Of a stretch of 64,000 nt of DNA, positions 26,972 to 40,284 are shown piece after piece. Positions within the stretch are counted from its first letter, which is position 1. Every line of letters begins with the position of its first letter. Origin of the DNA: Camelus ferus (lineage: Eukaryota); NCBI RefSeq assembly GCF_009834535.1, contig NC_045698.1, positions 14,696,001-14,760,000 of the forward strand, in the 5' to 3' direction. Made by a program: the position numbers and the translations under genes. Under the pieces are notes generated by a model that saw only the letters and a list, made by a program, of their open reading frames with translations, made no database searches and was not told where the DNA came from.

Positions 26972-28175
26972 CTCCCAAGGCAATATAAATAAAAGCAAAA
27001 ATAAACAAGTGGGAACTAATCAAACTCACAAACTTTTGGATAGTAATGGAAACCATAAACAAAACAAAAAGACAAGCTATGGACTGGGAGAAAATAATTT
27101 GCAAAAGATGTGGCCAACAAGGGCTTAATTTCCAAAATACACAAACACTTATACAACTCTATAACAATAACAACAAAAAATCCAGTCAGAAAATGGGCAA
27201 ACCTAAGTAGACATGTTTCCAAAGAAGACATACGGATGGCCAACAGCCACATGAAAAGATGCTCAACATCACAAATTATTAGAGAAATACAAATCAAAAT
27301 CACTATGAGGTATCACCTCACAGTGGTCAGAATGGTCATCATTAAAATGTCTACAAATAACAAATGCTGGAGAGGGTGTGGAGAAAAGGGAACTAACTCA
27401 TCTATACTGTTGGTGGGAATGTAAATTGGTGCGGACACTATGGAAGACAGTATGGAGGTTCCTTACAAAACTAGAAATATAGTTGCCATATGATCCACCA
27501 ATCCCACTCCTGGGCATATATCCAGAGAAAACTACAATTTGAAAAGATACATGCACCCCAATTTCATAGCAGCACTATTTGCAATAGCCAAGATATGGAA
27601 ACAGCCTAAATGTCCATTGACAGATGAATGAATAAAGAAGATGTGGGACATATATACAATGGAATATTACTCAGTTATAAAAAAACAAAATAATGTCTAT
27701 TGCATAACATGGATGGACCTAGAGATTATCACAGTAAGTGAAATAAGTCATAAAGAGAAAGACAAATAGAATATGACATCACTGCTATGTGGAATCTAAA
27801 ATATGACACAAGTGAATTTATTCACAAAACAGAAACAGATTCACAGACATAGAAAACAAACTTATGTGTACCAAAGAGGAAATGGGGTGGGGAAAGGATA
27901 AATTAGGAGTTTGGGATTAGCAGATACAAACTACAACTACTATGTATAAAATATATAAACAACAAGGTCCTACTATATAGCACAGGGAACTATACTCAAT
28001 ATCCTATAATAAACCATAATGGAAAAGAACATGAAAAAGAATACGTGTATAAAACACATACACACACACACACACACACACATACACACAGTCACACAAC
28101 TGAATCACTTTGCTGTACACCAGAAACTAACACAACTTTATAAATCAATGATACTTCAATAAAAAAAAATTTTAA
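26972..28175 (+). mobile_element. 5'-truncated L1 (ORF2 3' part + 3'UTR + tail)
   Basis: ORF 27110-27424 is an ORF2 remnant ([33 protein letters not shown]). 14-bp TSD aaaacacagttcta (26958-26971) / aagacacagttcta (28176-28189). Internal (CA)n at ~28055-28090. Confidence 0.93.
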
Positions 28176-31100
28176 AAGACACAGTTCTAATGGACATGGA
28201 ACAATGCCCATTAGAAGAGGCCTAATATGGACCAATCTAAGGTCATAGCTAAGCAAATTTTAATATAAAATGACCAGAAGTAATCACAGTGTCTGTGTAC
28301 GGGTATGTACTGGTGGTAGAAGAGGATTTGAATACAGTAAGAGTAACTTATTAAAGTGGAAAATGAAAGATACAGAACACAAATCATGTCATCCAGTAAA
28401 GGTGATTTATATTTTTACTCTATAAAAAATCTACCCATATGTACACATAGATACATTCTCACCCAATAATACACATAGTTTCAGAAGGCAAACAGGCTCA
28501 GGAGTGATTTTTTTTTTTTTTTAAGTATAATTCAGTTCACAGTAATAGCAACAAGATATACAAACAGATGCATGCTTTCTAATAATTATTATCATCTGTC
28601 TCATTCTATTAGATTAAACTCAATAGCAATGAACTATCTTGTTTCCTTTGAAAATCTGATATTAGGCCATCATATTAGTAGTTACCTATCCCAGATACTG
28701 GTTTTTCTACTTTTCACTTTTCTATAGAGATTTGTCCTCATATCATGTGAGGTATAAAAAGTTTTACTTCAGTGGTATTTTCACTTCTTTACTATTAAAT
28801 AGAAAACATGAATATTTAACTTGCATTTTTATATTTACCTCATGGTTCTGGGTAAAATTTTGTGACATAAAAAAAAATCATACAGTCACTGCATTTTCTT
28901 TTTTTTGTCCAATTTTCAGTTTTAGACCTTTTCTCTATGTCCAAAACTGTCCTACTTTAACATAAAAGACAACCTCTTTCTAGCAGAGGAAATTTAAATT
29001 TCTTAAAATATTTTTCATCCCAATTACATCAAACCATAGCATTAGGATTCCTGCTCAAGTCTTATTGCTCAATGATTCACACTAATAAAGTAAAATTTTA
29101 TGAGAAGGAACTGCATTAAACTATATACCAGCCTGTTCCAGGTATACTTGAAATAGTTTCCACACAGCTATGCACATTGTTACCCTACTTGCATTCAAAA
29201 TTCACTCCTTTCAAGGTATGCAAATTTTCAAACAAATAAAATCCTTATATGTTTACTTTCAAAACACCAGTAAAGGACATGACTGTACCATTTCCATCTT
29301 CCCATTTTATTTAAGCAACTACTCTTCTACCCTGATAAGCCAGTGAGGCTTTCAATAAAGGACTGGAATTCCATGACTCATTGGGCAGAATCCCTGCCCT
29401 GCTCTCAACTTCCCCAAATAAATCTCTCTCAGAAAGTGAATGTCACTTCTTTCTCATTCCACGGAGTTGCTACCATGTGATGAAAAGTGTAGACCTACAA
29501 AACAGATTGCTTTTGCACAGAGACTTTATTAAGTGTTGACAAATCCTCAACAAGTCCTGCAGTAAGGTGACATCATTAGCTGCTGTGGAGATGGAAGGGA
29601 TGTTTTCCCATTTATTAAGAAAGTCTGCAGTGTAATTCAATATGCATGGCTTTCCATACAGGAAACACCCTTTCTCCCCATAATCAGCTGTTGCATATTT
29701 ATGAAAACTTCATACAGTACAATGAAGAATTTGGTGGGGGGAGTATTTAAAAATACATTTTCTATATGTGTATGGATAGTGAAACCATCCTTTTATTTTC
29801 AATTTTTCCATGTCTATTTTTGTAGAAAACAAGTAATACTCTCTTTTAGCTGCCTGCTGTTCTCTCTTGAAAGCAAACTGCATGTAAGCCCAGAGTCACT
29901 CATTCTTTCTGTGTGGTTCACAGATATTTACAGACAATTGTAAAATGACTTTCTTCCCTTTAGTTTTTCCTTATTTTAACATTTCTTAGGATGCTAGTTG
30001 TGTAACATACAACCTTTAAAATTACCTAAAATCAATCATTTTACTATGTGAAGTCTTTGTTATTTCAAAAAATTAAACATTTAATTTACAAGAATATTTT
30101 AAACAGAAAAGAAACTTAGAAAGCATAGGACAAATTCATTTTCCTGTGAAAATAAAGAATTCTTATTGATCTGAAATGTTTCTTTTTGTGGGGAATAGGA
30201 GAAACCTACGTTAAGCAGCACTCAACATTTTAAAAACAGAGAAATACTTTAAGAAAGCAGTACAACCTTTCAGTGGTTTGCTGAGGATAACATGGGAAGA
30301 AAGAGCCCCCTAATGGTTCAGATATTTATCAAAACAAAATAGGCTGTACTTTCTCAATTCTTGTTGGTTCACTGTGGCTGAAATGAGAATCAGGAAAGAC
30401 ATCTGATACCATGGAAGTGAGTGGAAAGTTGAATAAAAGGTCAAATGGAGCCCTGTCAAAGATGCACAGAAAAGTGAAAATCCCTAAGCTGAACTGACTG
30501 AGTAAACTGCTAGCTTTCAGAATCACACTGCTTTTTACATGACTGCTAGGACACTTGCCTTCCTCGATCGTGTCTGCTCAGATGCACTGATCTGGAATGC
30601 AGGAGACATACTTAATTACATAGTTGGGAAGTGTGAAATATTATTTTAAAAAGAACTGGCTTTTTTTTTCCCAATCATGATACCATTTCCTACTAAGAAT
30701 ATGGAGAATCAAACCCCCTATAGGAGTAATTACAGAATTTGTAAGATAACCAAAAAAAAGAGATCAAACTGATGAGGGTGAGCTAAGGAGAACGCCTAAG
30801 TAAAAGAGGCACATCATTTAAGACGTTATTTAAAAAGTCTTTTAAAGAAAAAATATGCCTATTCATGGGAAAAATCAAATATGAAGATTTACATCTATCC
30901 ATGCTAAAATATTAATGGTTTCATAAAACCACACAGTGCAATTGAGAATTAGTTTTCTTTATGGCATATACCTCAATATAACCCATAAATAAGCCCTATA
31001 AGAAAAGTGTGATGTATAAATAGCTCTGACATCAGCATTGTTGCAACAAAAGTCATGAAACTTTAAATAATTTTGTGTATTATAGAAATTATTAGATTCA

Positions 31101-32409
31101 TTAGCTAAACTTTCAGTCTATCCTTTGATGAGATGTCATATTATTTGCATAAGTGATAAAATGGAAGGAATAAACTTTGGATAAGCTGCACAAAATGATA
31201 GTATAACATAATACGCAAAGCGATAACTAAACAAGAGTGTAACAGATTTAAGACAAATGCTGCATGTGGATTTGATATAATATTGCTAACATATAACATG
31301 ACTGTATGGTCCACAGTGCCACCTTCCTCAGTCCAGAGTTTGGCATTAGTTTCTCACACGTAATACCTAAAAGAGGTGAATTTTTTTTTTCAAATAACTC
31401 AGTTCATAGATTAAAAAATTCGATATTCTCTAATACACATTTTTATTCTTTTAGTCAGACAGCAGTTTAAACAAGGTGTAATAGTGGTCCCATCATCCCC
31501 TTCTGATATGGTTATTAGAAATATTTAGGTAGCTGTAATAGTTATGCTACTACAAAACATGAAAATGCTATTTCACATTTGGAAGACAAAACAGATACCA
31601 TGAAAAGCTGTATTCTTCAAATATGCAGCTATGTTTAAAATATAGCAAGGGTGAAATACACACAAACACAGCCATTCAGAGTATGTAATATGCCAAACTT
31701 CAGCTACATTGGCTCCCAAGAGTGTTGGCAATCGTGTTCTCATTTGAAACATTGTACAACATATTAAAAAGTTTTGTGCACTTATCACAGATGGAAGCTT
31801 GGTTTTGATTCCAGGAGTGACTCAGGGAACTTCACTTCAAAGTCAATCAGAGGTAGCTCTTGGGGTAAAATATCCCTCTTCATTGATACGAAAGCAAATA
31901 AATTGCCATCAAAAAATCTCACAAACCATTTCAGTTCTAGCAAAGATGAAATAAATCCTTTTTGTCTGATATCACAATGCTGTCTCTTTAGCGGTTGACA
32001 TTTTGTGACCTATAAGCCTAAGAGTAACCAACTACATCAATACTGCAATGCCTCAACCCATTATTCCTATTCCATCCTGTCCCTTTCCTCAGAAACATAA
32101 AAAAAATCCCTGTTCCCAGTAGAGAATTTGGTAAGTGCAATGTTCCTATATATCAGAGATATTTACCAGCATGTACCATCACTGACACTTCAATCATTAA
32201 TTGATGGAACTGCAGCTTCAGCTAAACATCTCCAGAGTCATATTTCTTCGCCTTACTTAGCTCAGTACTTTCTTCAGACCAAATTCTAGCTATCAATAAG
32301 TTAGCCATAATGAGATGGCAGTCTATTGTCACTTCATTTAAGACACATCGTGTTTATGTTGAAGAGTTAAGTCTGCAATCAAAAGACAGATTTAGAAAAA
32401 ATAACTTAC

Positions 32410-32460
32410 CACTGAGAACCATTGAAAAAGCACATAGTAGCTTCGGTGTCTGCATGAAAT
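32410..32460 (-). other. Candidate exon 2 (51 nt) of the minus-strand gene, possibly the first coding exon
   Basis: Minus strand reads ...ctactattAG|atttcATGcagacaccgaagctactatgtgctttttcaatggttctcagtg|GTAAGT. The ATG at 32455 gives MQTPKLLCAFSMVLS plus a phase-1 intron. The polypyrimidine tract is weak. Confidence 0.45.
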
Positions 32461-32875
32461 CTAATAGTAGACATTTAATGCAGTAAGGGTCCTTTCATGC
32501 TTTGCTATTATTTTTCAAAGCTGTTTAACAGCTAAGAACCACATATATGAACATGTTTTAAGGTTATTAGTAAAAATGCTCTTTGTAGTGTGGACTTTGC
32601 TGAATTCCTTCTTCATACAGATTAGCTGCTCATAAACTTAGAGCCTAGTTATTTTACAGAACAAACGAACAAAAAACTTACATGTACCTGGAGATAAAAC
32701 AGCAAATACACCCACATACATATGCATTACCACATTTCTAAGTTGACGCGCCTGTGTGTTGTATTACTTTCAGGCATCACTGCAAACTCAGGTTTTAAAG
32801 CACGCAAAGCTAGGCTGTATTTGACTGTGCCTGACTGAAAAGAAATCCAGAGATAAAGAAACGTAATATTCTTAC

Positions 32876-33238
32876 CTGAAGCAGGAAACTGTTTCTGTCC
32901 AATTCGGGAACAAAGTGGGGCTGGAAAGGGACTTGATTTGGCTTTCTTTTCAAAATCCTTTTTTAATGAAGCAGGAGTGAGATGAACGATTCCAAGGTGA
33001 AGTCTGTTATTTCTCGCTGGGGCTCAGAGCTGACATCCCCTTGTGAAGAAAAGGCACCTCAGTAAGTTGCTGAACGAGGGAGCTGCGAAGCAGGATGATG
33101 GGCACCCGCAGTCACACGCTGCTGCGACGGACCGTGCACAGCCAGCCCTCCGCACCTCGCGCTCCCGGCTCGCTCTCCTCTTCACCCTGACGCTCGCTCG
33201 GCTCAGAGCCTCAGCCCTCGCTGCCGCTGTTATCAATC
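32876..33238 (-). other. Candidate first (5'UTR) exon of an unidentified gene
   Basis: About 17 CpGs in ~33070-33230 against a CpG-depleted background. Strong donor ttCAG|GTAAGA at 32876/32875. Not repeat-like. The 5' boundary is inferred. Confidence 0.65.
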
Positions 33239-33300
33239 CAGCCTGGCTGAAGCTAATAGTCCCCTATTTAACCAGCCAATCAATAGGAAGGATTCCACTG
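33239..33300 (-). promoter_or_regulatory. Putative core promoter
   Basis: TATA-like TTAAATAG on the minus strand (33271-33264), ~30 bp upstream of the CpG-rich exon; CCAAT at 33276-33280. Confidence 0.5.
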
Positions 33301-34107
33301 CTAGTCCCAAGAGTCTTTTCCAAGTGTGGTACAAACAGTAAGAGTTTTGCCAGCAGTTTAGCCAAGTATTTTTCATCATTTATCTCCTGTTAGAGATAGG
33401 GATAGAGAGAGCTGAGGCTCAAAGCGAGATTAGTATTATTACACAGCTTTGCATTTTAAAAAGTACCTCTCCTTATCCAGTTGATATTAATTTATAATCA
33501 CACACCTGCTGTCCATTATCATTTTAGGAATTACCACAGAGTGGAATGCGTGACCAAAAAAAAAAAATCTTTCTAATTCAAATATATAAGAAAAAATACA
33601 GGAGCAGAATTACATACATTGACAAATGCTTTTTTCTGGAAATAACAGTGTCTGTATGGCTTGGATCAATTAAAGAATACTCCGTGATCTTGACTGATGC
33701 TAAAAGTTATTCACTTTATTCCAGAAAAATAGCGATCTATATAATTCTGTTTCTCATCAGGAAAGAGAGGTGATGTTTGCAGATATTACTGAACTAGAGC
33801 CTGAGTCAGGCTTCAGTGTACAAAATGTTTTTCAATTTTATAGCATAAATCTACAAAAGGATTCCTCTGAATGTATCCAACAGAGCATTTCACACCTGAT
33901 TCATCCCTTCAAGGTTAAGAAGATTTTCTTCTTAAAGTGACACATTCACTGCTCAACTGCCATAACTGACCATGATACAAAAGCACATAGCAAACCATTG
34001 AAGACTAGGCTGGGTATTTTTTGTTTTGCTTTGTTTTTACTTCCCAGATACTTCCAAGGGGAAAAAAATTAATAAAAATAAAAATAAAGCATTTGGGATC
34101 AACTTAG

Positions 34108-34504
34108 TCTTGGTTTGCATACTGGCCCTGCACACAGAAGGCAGTGAGAGACCATAGAAACAGGCAGGCAGCTCCAAATGGGTGGGGAGCAGGTTTAATA
34201 AACAGGGCAACTTACATACCAGGCTTGTCTCGGCAGCCACAAGACGAGTGGATCCCGTACCTGCCTGCCAGGTTCTTAAAAAGTTATACAGAGGCCTGAA
34301 CTGGGTTCAGTCCCATGTATAGTCCACATGGTCTGAACACCGCATTCCTCTCTCCAGGCTGCATCCCTGAAGACAGTCCCACTGTGGGAGTAGTGGGTGG
34401 GATGTATATCCCAAGGTCAGGGGAGGGGTGACAAACCTTTGTTTTCTCGGGTCCAGCTCTCAGGTTAGCCTGCAGCCACGTCCTCTCCGTGACCTCCTCC
34501 AACA
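34108..34504 (-). mobile_element. ERVL-class solo LTR
   Basis: Perfect 5-bp TSD cttag (34103-34107, 34505-34509). Termini t(c)ttgg...ccaaca. ATTAAA on the minus strand at 34199-34194. Several retained CpGs. Confidence 0.85.
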
Positions 34505-34884
34505 CTTAGCCAAAAGCCTAGAAATGCAGTCTCTTTATATTTCTAATTAGGAGGTGGTTGCTTATCTCAATTCCACCCTGCTTGGTCAACAAACCTTTTA
34601 GTTACTTTCCCTTTGTAATAATACATTACTGCTCTTATTAAAGTAAATTGTATAGGAATGCGTAACCCCGCCTTACTTCTCGGTTGGAATTAAATTCCTG
34701 GCCATGGTCATTGTGTTATACACTCAGCATCATACAATACTAATAAAAATGTGTAGTAAGTGCTAACGTGTCTTGTAAATGAAGACCACAAAAGGGCATA
34801 AGGAAGGTACGGTCATGGAGTTACACTCAAAGTCCAAATTACAAAGTGTTGTAACATTTATTAGACACAAACGTTCTTGATTTA

Positions 34885-35740
34885 ATTGACTCAGTTCAGC
34901 AAATATTTCTTGAGCAACTCTTTGTATTAGGACTTGTACTCCCAGTAATAGAAAAGTAATTAAGTAAGGGAGAGAACAAGCGTTTTGTATTCTTGGTGTT
35001 TTCAGTGCACTGTAGTAGAAGTAGTCAATCTTCTAGGAGTTTACAAGCTGCTGGGTAGATAAGGAATTCTCAGGTAAACAAAATACAAAGGAGAGTGATT
35101 AATACCTTCTTTATCAGTCGCTCAAAGAGCAACAAGTACTCAAAAGCAAGATCATATTTCCTCTAGGAAAACAGAAAGACGCTATAAGAAGCATGGCATT
35201 TGCAATGATTCCTATTAAAGAGAATTAAAAAAAATTACTGGCAGAGGGAAAAAACAACAGAGGGGAGAGGGATATCATAAGCAAACCTACAGGCTCAAAG
35301 GAAGCAGGAGATGTGGGAGGGGTACTGGAGGAAGAGCAAAGTCGGCTGGAACACAAGAGCCTGGGACGTGTGACTGGGAAGAAGGGGAAAACGTGGAGGA
35401 TTTGGAAGCTAGGCTGAGAGTAATTCAGTGATTGGGAGCTTTTCATTTTTTTTTTTTTTAAAGAAAAGTGATATAATCTGAACTGTGCTCTGATACCCTC
35501 AATCTGAAGGTTGTAGGTTATCCTGGAATGAGACCTTGGGGATCGTGAGGAGTCAGTAGAGGGACCTTGCCAAGGTCTCTATCAGGAAACGGAGGGAGAA
35601 CCAGTGTGCTCATGGTGGGAATGAGCAGAATGAACTAATACTGAGAAACATTCTAAAATAAAGTCTCCACGTGACTTTGTAACCTACTGAGGAGAAATGC
35701 AGCTTAGATGGACTTTAGATATTCAAGATGGGTAATGAAA
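34885..35740 (-). mobile_element. Degraded L2 (further pieces at ~36280-36880 and ~37600-38110)
   Basis: ttcagcaaatatttcttgagcaac terminus and purine-rich L2-type body. Confidence 0.5.
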
Positions 35741-38700
35741 GAAAAGGTGAATTATACATAATATACTTACTTCTTGTCCATCTCGTTTTTTGTTTGGTTT
35801 TGTTATAGAATTCATCCTTCCTTGATTATATATTAAAATTTTGTTTATGCATTTTCTTACAACAATTTAAGCTCCAGTGAAAAGAACTGAATTTTTCCAA
35901 CACTTTTTCCCTCACATTTTTTGGAATTGTGCCTGACATATTAGTTATTCAATGAATGACAATAAAATTATTTCTATTTTTGGAGTAATTGAGTAGTCAG
36001 TACATAACAAGTTCTCAGCTAAAAATTCTGCAAACATTATGTCATTTAACACTCTGTGAAATAGATGTTATCCTATTTTACATCTAAAGAAAGATAGGCT
36101 TGAAGAGGCGAACTGCCTTGTCCAATGAAACACAATTCGTGTCTGTTGAATCTCAAAGCCCATATTCTTAAGTGTTGGGTTTTCAGAAACTAGCAGGTGG
36201 TATAATAGAAAATAATAATCTGGATGTTGATTTGTGGGTCTTAGAACAGGTAGAGGAGGCAAAAATAAGTGAAATTAAAGCTAGAGGGTTAAAAGGATGT
36301 ATATGGAGGATAGGATTAAATTTGACATTTTCAAGTTTAATAACCACTAAAGCCATGTGCTGATGGTAAAGAAGACCATCAGGAGGTACTGGGAGAAGGG
36401 CTAGGAGCAAGTGTGTGGAATGGGTGACGTAAATGACAGCAGAGCCCATACCAAGCAGAAGGAGAAGGTTGGCTGAGCTGCACTGAGCCCCCAGCTCGAC
36501 CTACAAGCCATGCACTTCCAGTGGCACCAGTCTGTAAGACTGAGTGGATTTCCTGAGCTGTGCTCCTCAGCTTGAATGTCTCAGAGGTTGCAAGGATGAT
36601 TGAGAAGCAAAAGTTTGGTTTCTTTTATGAGAAATTTGGCTGAAATAGGAAAAGAAGTAAGAGAAGTGGGCAGGGAGGTGAGAGAGAGTATATCTTGCAG
36701 AGTTTGAGCTGTTTAATACTTGATCGTAAAGAGTACTTTTCTGTACATTGAGGGACTGGTTGACAGAGACAACTTGAGACAACAAGGGAGAGAGAGCTGT
36801 TTAATTTGTTAAGGGCACAAAGGAAATGGAAAAGTGGAGCCAAAAGCTTTCATGGGAGACAGTGCTGTCAAAAGAAGGGGGTCATTTCCCAGACGTCAAG
36901 AGTAAAAGAGATATGCTTTATACCAAACATGATGCTGATTATTTACTCCAAAATAACACCAAACACCTTAATGTTCCAAATAAACTACTAGGAGTTGAGA
37001 ATTTAAATATATCAGTAGGATTTCTTCTGTCTTCAAGTTGACGGATCTAATGAAAAAATACATATGTAATTACACAAAATGTATATAATTGTAATTATTA
37101 ATATGACTAAATTCTACAATCATTATACACAGATCAGTAAGAATCATGGTAATAGAAAAGTCTAACAATTATTTGAAGATGAGTATGTAGGCCTGGTGAA
37201 TAGAATGAAAAATATGTCAGAAGATTTTAAAAGGGAGAAGAAAATGTTTAAATGGAAACTAAAAAGGGAGAGAATATTTCAGCTTAGTTTTGGGCTAACA
37301 GGCTTTTAAAATTAGAAGAAGGTGTACTAAAGTGGGCATAGAGAGATGGTTATAAAGGTGGGGAATGCTGATCAGCAATGATTGCGCATTCTATGTTAAG
37401 AAGAGATCAGAAGGAGAGAAAACAGTGAGGGCATGGTATAATTTATTTCTGATATTATATATTTCCCTATAATTTTGTGAAAATATTGAAGAAATAAACT
37501 AATGAAAATGGTACTATTATACTCTTATACAAAGAAACTTTCTAGAATGCAGTACTTTTGGGAAGAACAATGTTTTAGAAATAATATCACTAACACTAAT
37601 AATAGTAATGCTTTAGAAAGACTATCCAGTGGCAACAAGAGGTAAGGGAGGCTTTACAAAGGCACTAGCTGAGGGAATAGAGATGAGGGTAAAGGTTTGA
37701 GCAGTTTTTAGGTGATAAAATGTGCAGGGCTTGTGAATTACTGAATGTTTGATAAGTGTGAGGACAGAATAATTATGGGTCTAACTTGATGCTGAGTGAG
37801 GATAGGGGCAAAAAGGTATATTTTGGTTTTGGAAATGATGATGTTGCTATTTATGATGGACGTACAGGTGTAGAGTCCACTAAGGGTGTAGTAATTGGAT
37901 TTTTGGTACTTAGGACAGTTATTTGAACAGAAGATATAGACATTTATGGTGGTCAAGACAATCAGGAAAAAACATATGGTATAAAAAGATTAAAAGACCA
38001 AAGGCAGAAACATGGAGAACCCTGATATTTAAAAAGCAAGCCATAGAGATAAGCCATTGAGTGACACTGAGGGAAATCTAGAAAACAGTTTTAAAGAAAC
38101 CAAGATGGAAAGTGTATCAGGCACTCACTGGTGCTTTAAAAGGTGCCATTTCATGTTTGTGTTGTGGTTCATTAGGATCAATTACAATAATGGAGATGAC
38201 CAGTGAAGGAAGCACACATGGAAGAATTTGCTCTTTGATTCTTTCCAGGTCTTAATGGTGGGTTATTTTCTCCCATGTGTTTACTCTTCTTTGGATAATT
38301 TTACGTTGAGTAACTTTATATGCAAAACTCAATGCTAGACACAATGGAGAATGCAAAGGTGAAATGAACAATGTCCTAGAACTTAAAGAGCAAATATTGT
38401 AACCTGAAAATAAGATAAGCATTTCCCATATGAGGCAAAGAATTCTGTACAAATAGACAAGATATTTAAATAGTCAATCAGAATGTTGAAAAGAGTCAGT
38501 TTGCATTACTTACTGAATCCAATTACCATCTAATAATTAGAAATCACACCAAATGCAGAGAAATAGGAATTTGATCTCTTGAATTTGAATTTTTGATATT
38601 TTGAAATTTTGGCAAGTGCTTGTTTTACTACCTACCAGGTACTAGTATAATTAAAAGGGATTTGTTGCAGGTGTTTATAATGTGTTTACATATTAATCAT

Positions 38701-39321
38701 CAAACATTATCAATATAACTTTTTTTTTTAAAAGTTCTTCACTTTTGAAATGTGATTTGTGCATATCAAACATTGACCTTGGAGAAAGATTTTCTTCACT
38801 AGCTACTTTATACACGTCAATAAATCTACTCCCTTTGTGATGAAAAACCATCATTCTCACTTTCATATTAATATTTTTATTTTATTGAACTCTAGTAGCA
38901 GATGGTATCTCCACCACTTGTACTGTTTTGTATTGCTGTTACCTAGCCCTGTAAATTTACTTGTCCTCATATGCATTTTAGCTCTCTGAAGAGACTATAA
39001 GCAAATTTTAAGCAGAAATTATATTTCAGATTTTTCTCCTACAATAAGCATTTTTATTATTTGCACACAGAAAAAAAATTCAACCAGTGATTTTTTTAAT
39101 TGTTGAATTACTAAATTATCTTAATTATGAGATATTATATCAGTATTTGAAAGAATATCATTTCTTTAAGATATGAGTACATAATCATTTTCAAGAAGAG
39201 AACTATCTAATTTTAGAACAGGTCCTATTTTAAAGGTGAGTTCTTCTGAGTATATCTTTAATGAGCTAGGGTTATCCAAGGAGAGATGATAGGCAAAAAA
39301 TGTTAAGTGAGAAATGAGTGC

Positions 39322-39808
39322 TGTATTGGCAGGCCACTCAGGATGGCTGTTCTCTTACTCTCTGTACGTCCCCTGCTCGACCTGTCCCTCTTCACCTACA
39401 ACCTAATCACATGACTGGCCTTCCTACATACTTGCTCTAGACCCCAGCTAATGATTGCTTCAGCTTTAGAACAGAACATCTCTATCATGATAGCTTATCA
39501 AAGGGGCTCTGAGGGGCATGCCCCTCTGCTGGTTTCCCTGGTAACCAATGAGCCAACCTGATGTCAATGTCAGTCCCCCCATACCTGGCAAATTGGTAAT
39601 ACTGGTAACCTCCCTCCCCCATCCCCCAGTGAAGACCAGAAGACTGGCTGCCATCAGTCACACAGGACATGGTGGGGTGTCACTCTAGGACCTTGCTTCA
39701 GACATGTGAGATCTCTGTTTATTAAACCATTGACGTCTCTGTTGCTGACTCCAGACTCTTTCTTCAGTCTAGAAACTGGGACCTTTTAATGAGTGGTGCA
39801 GCCCAACA
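39322..39808 (+). mobile_element. ERVL-class solo LTR (MER74-like)
   Basis: tgtattggc...gcagcccaaca ends, ATTAAA at 39721-39726, near-perfect 5-bp TSD agtgc (39317-39321) / agtgg (39809-39813). Confidence 0.8.
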
Positions 39809-40284
39809 AGTGGAAATTTGAAGGGGTGGATGGGTGAGGAGTAGAGGAGAAAAAAGAGCTTGTGTGGAGCAACATGGCATCAGAGAGAAGCTGGAAAAAG
39901 GAGCTGGGTTAAAACAATGAATAATGGCAGAGATGGCTGAAGCAAAGTTTAAATTAATTACACACCTCCCCTCCAATACAGCAAAATTCCAGAGGAATCT
40001 TTACAATACAAACATGTGTGGTACGCATAGTGATTGTGTCTTTGATTCAACTCTAGGTCAGCTTAGGGAAGATCTCAGGATATATGGTGAAATAAAGATG
40101 AGATATTTAATGGAAATAGGTAATCAAAATAAAAGCTGTCCAAGAGAATTTAACTAGGCATTTACAAAACACTGGGCAGTCATTGAATTTTCCTGAGTTG
40201 TGGAATTGGAGATTCATGCCAGACTTATTTAAAACTCGAAGTGTCGACAACAGCTGAAATACAGTTTACCGTGGAAGTCACACT

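Noticed and set aside
31300..31375. Possible minus-strand exon after cctcttttAG
   Set aside because: There is an acceptor-like site but no credible donor nearby
33024..33393. ORFs 33043-33393 (+) and 33024-33236 (-) over the CpG cluster
   Set aside because: Both start at non-ATG codons (GTG, TTG) and show the Arg/Ala-rich composition expected from GC-rich UTR sequence
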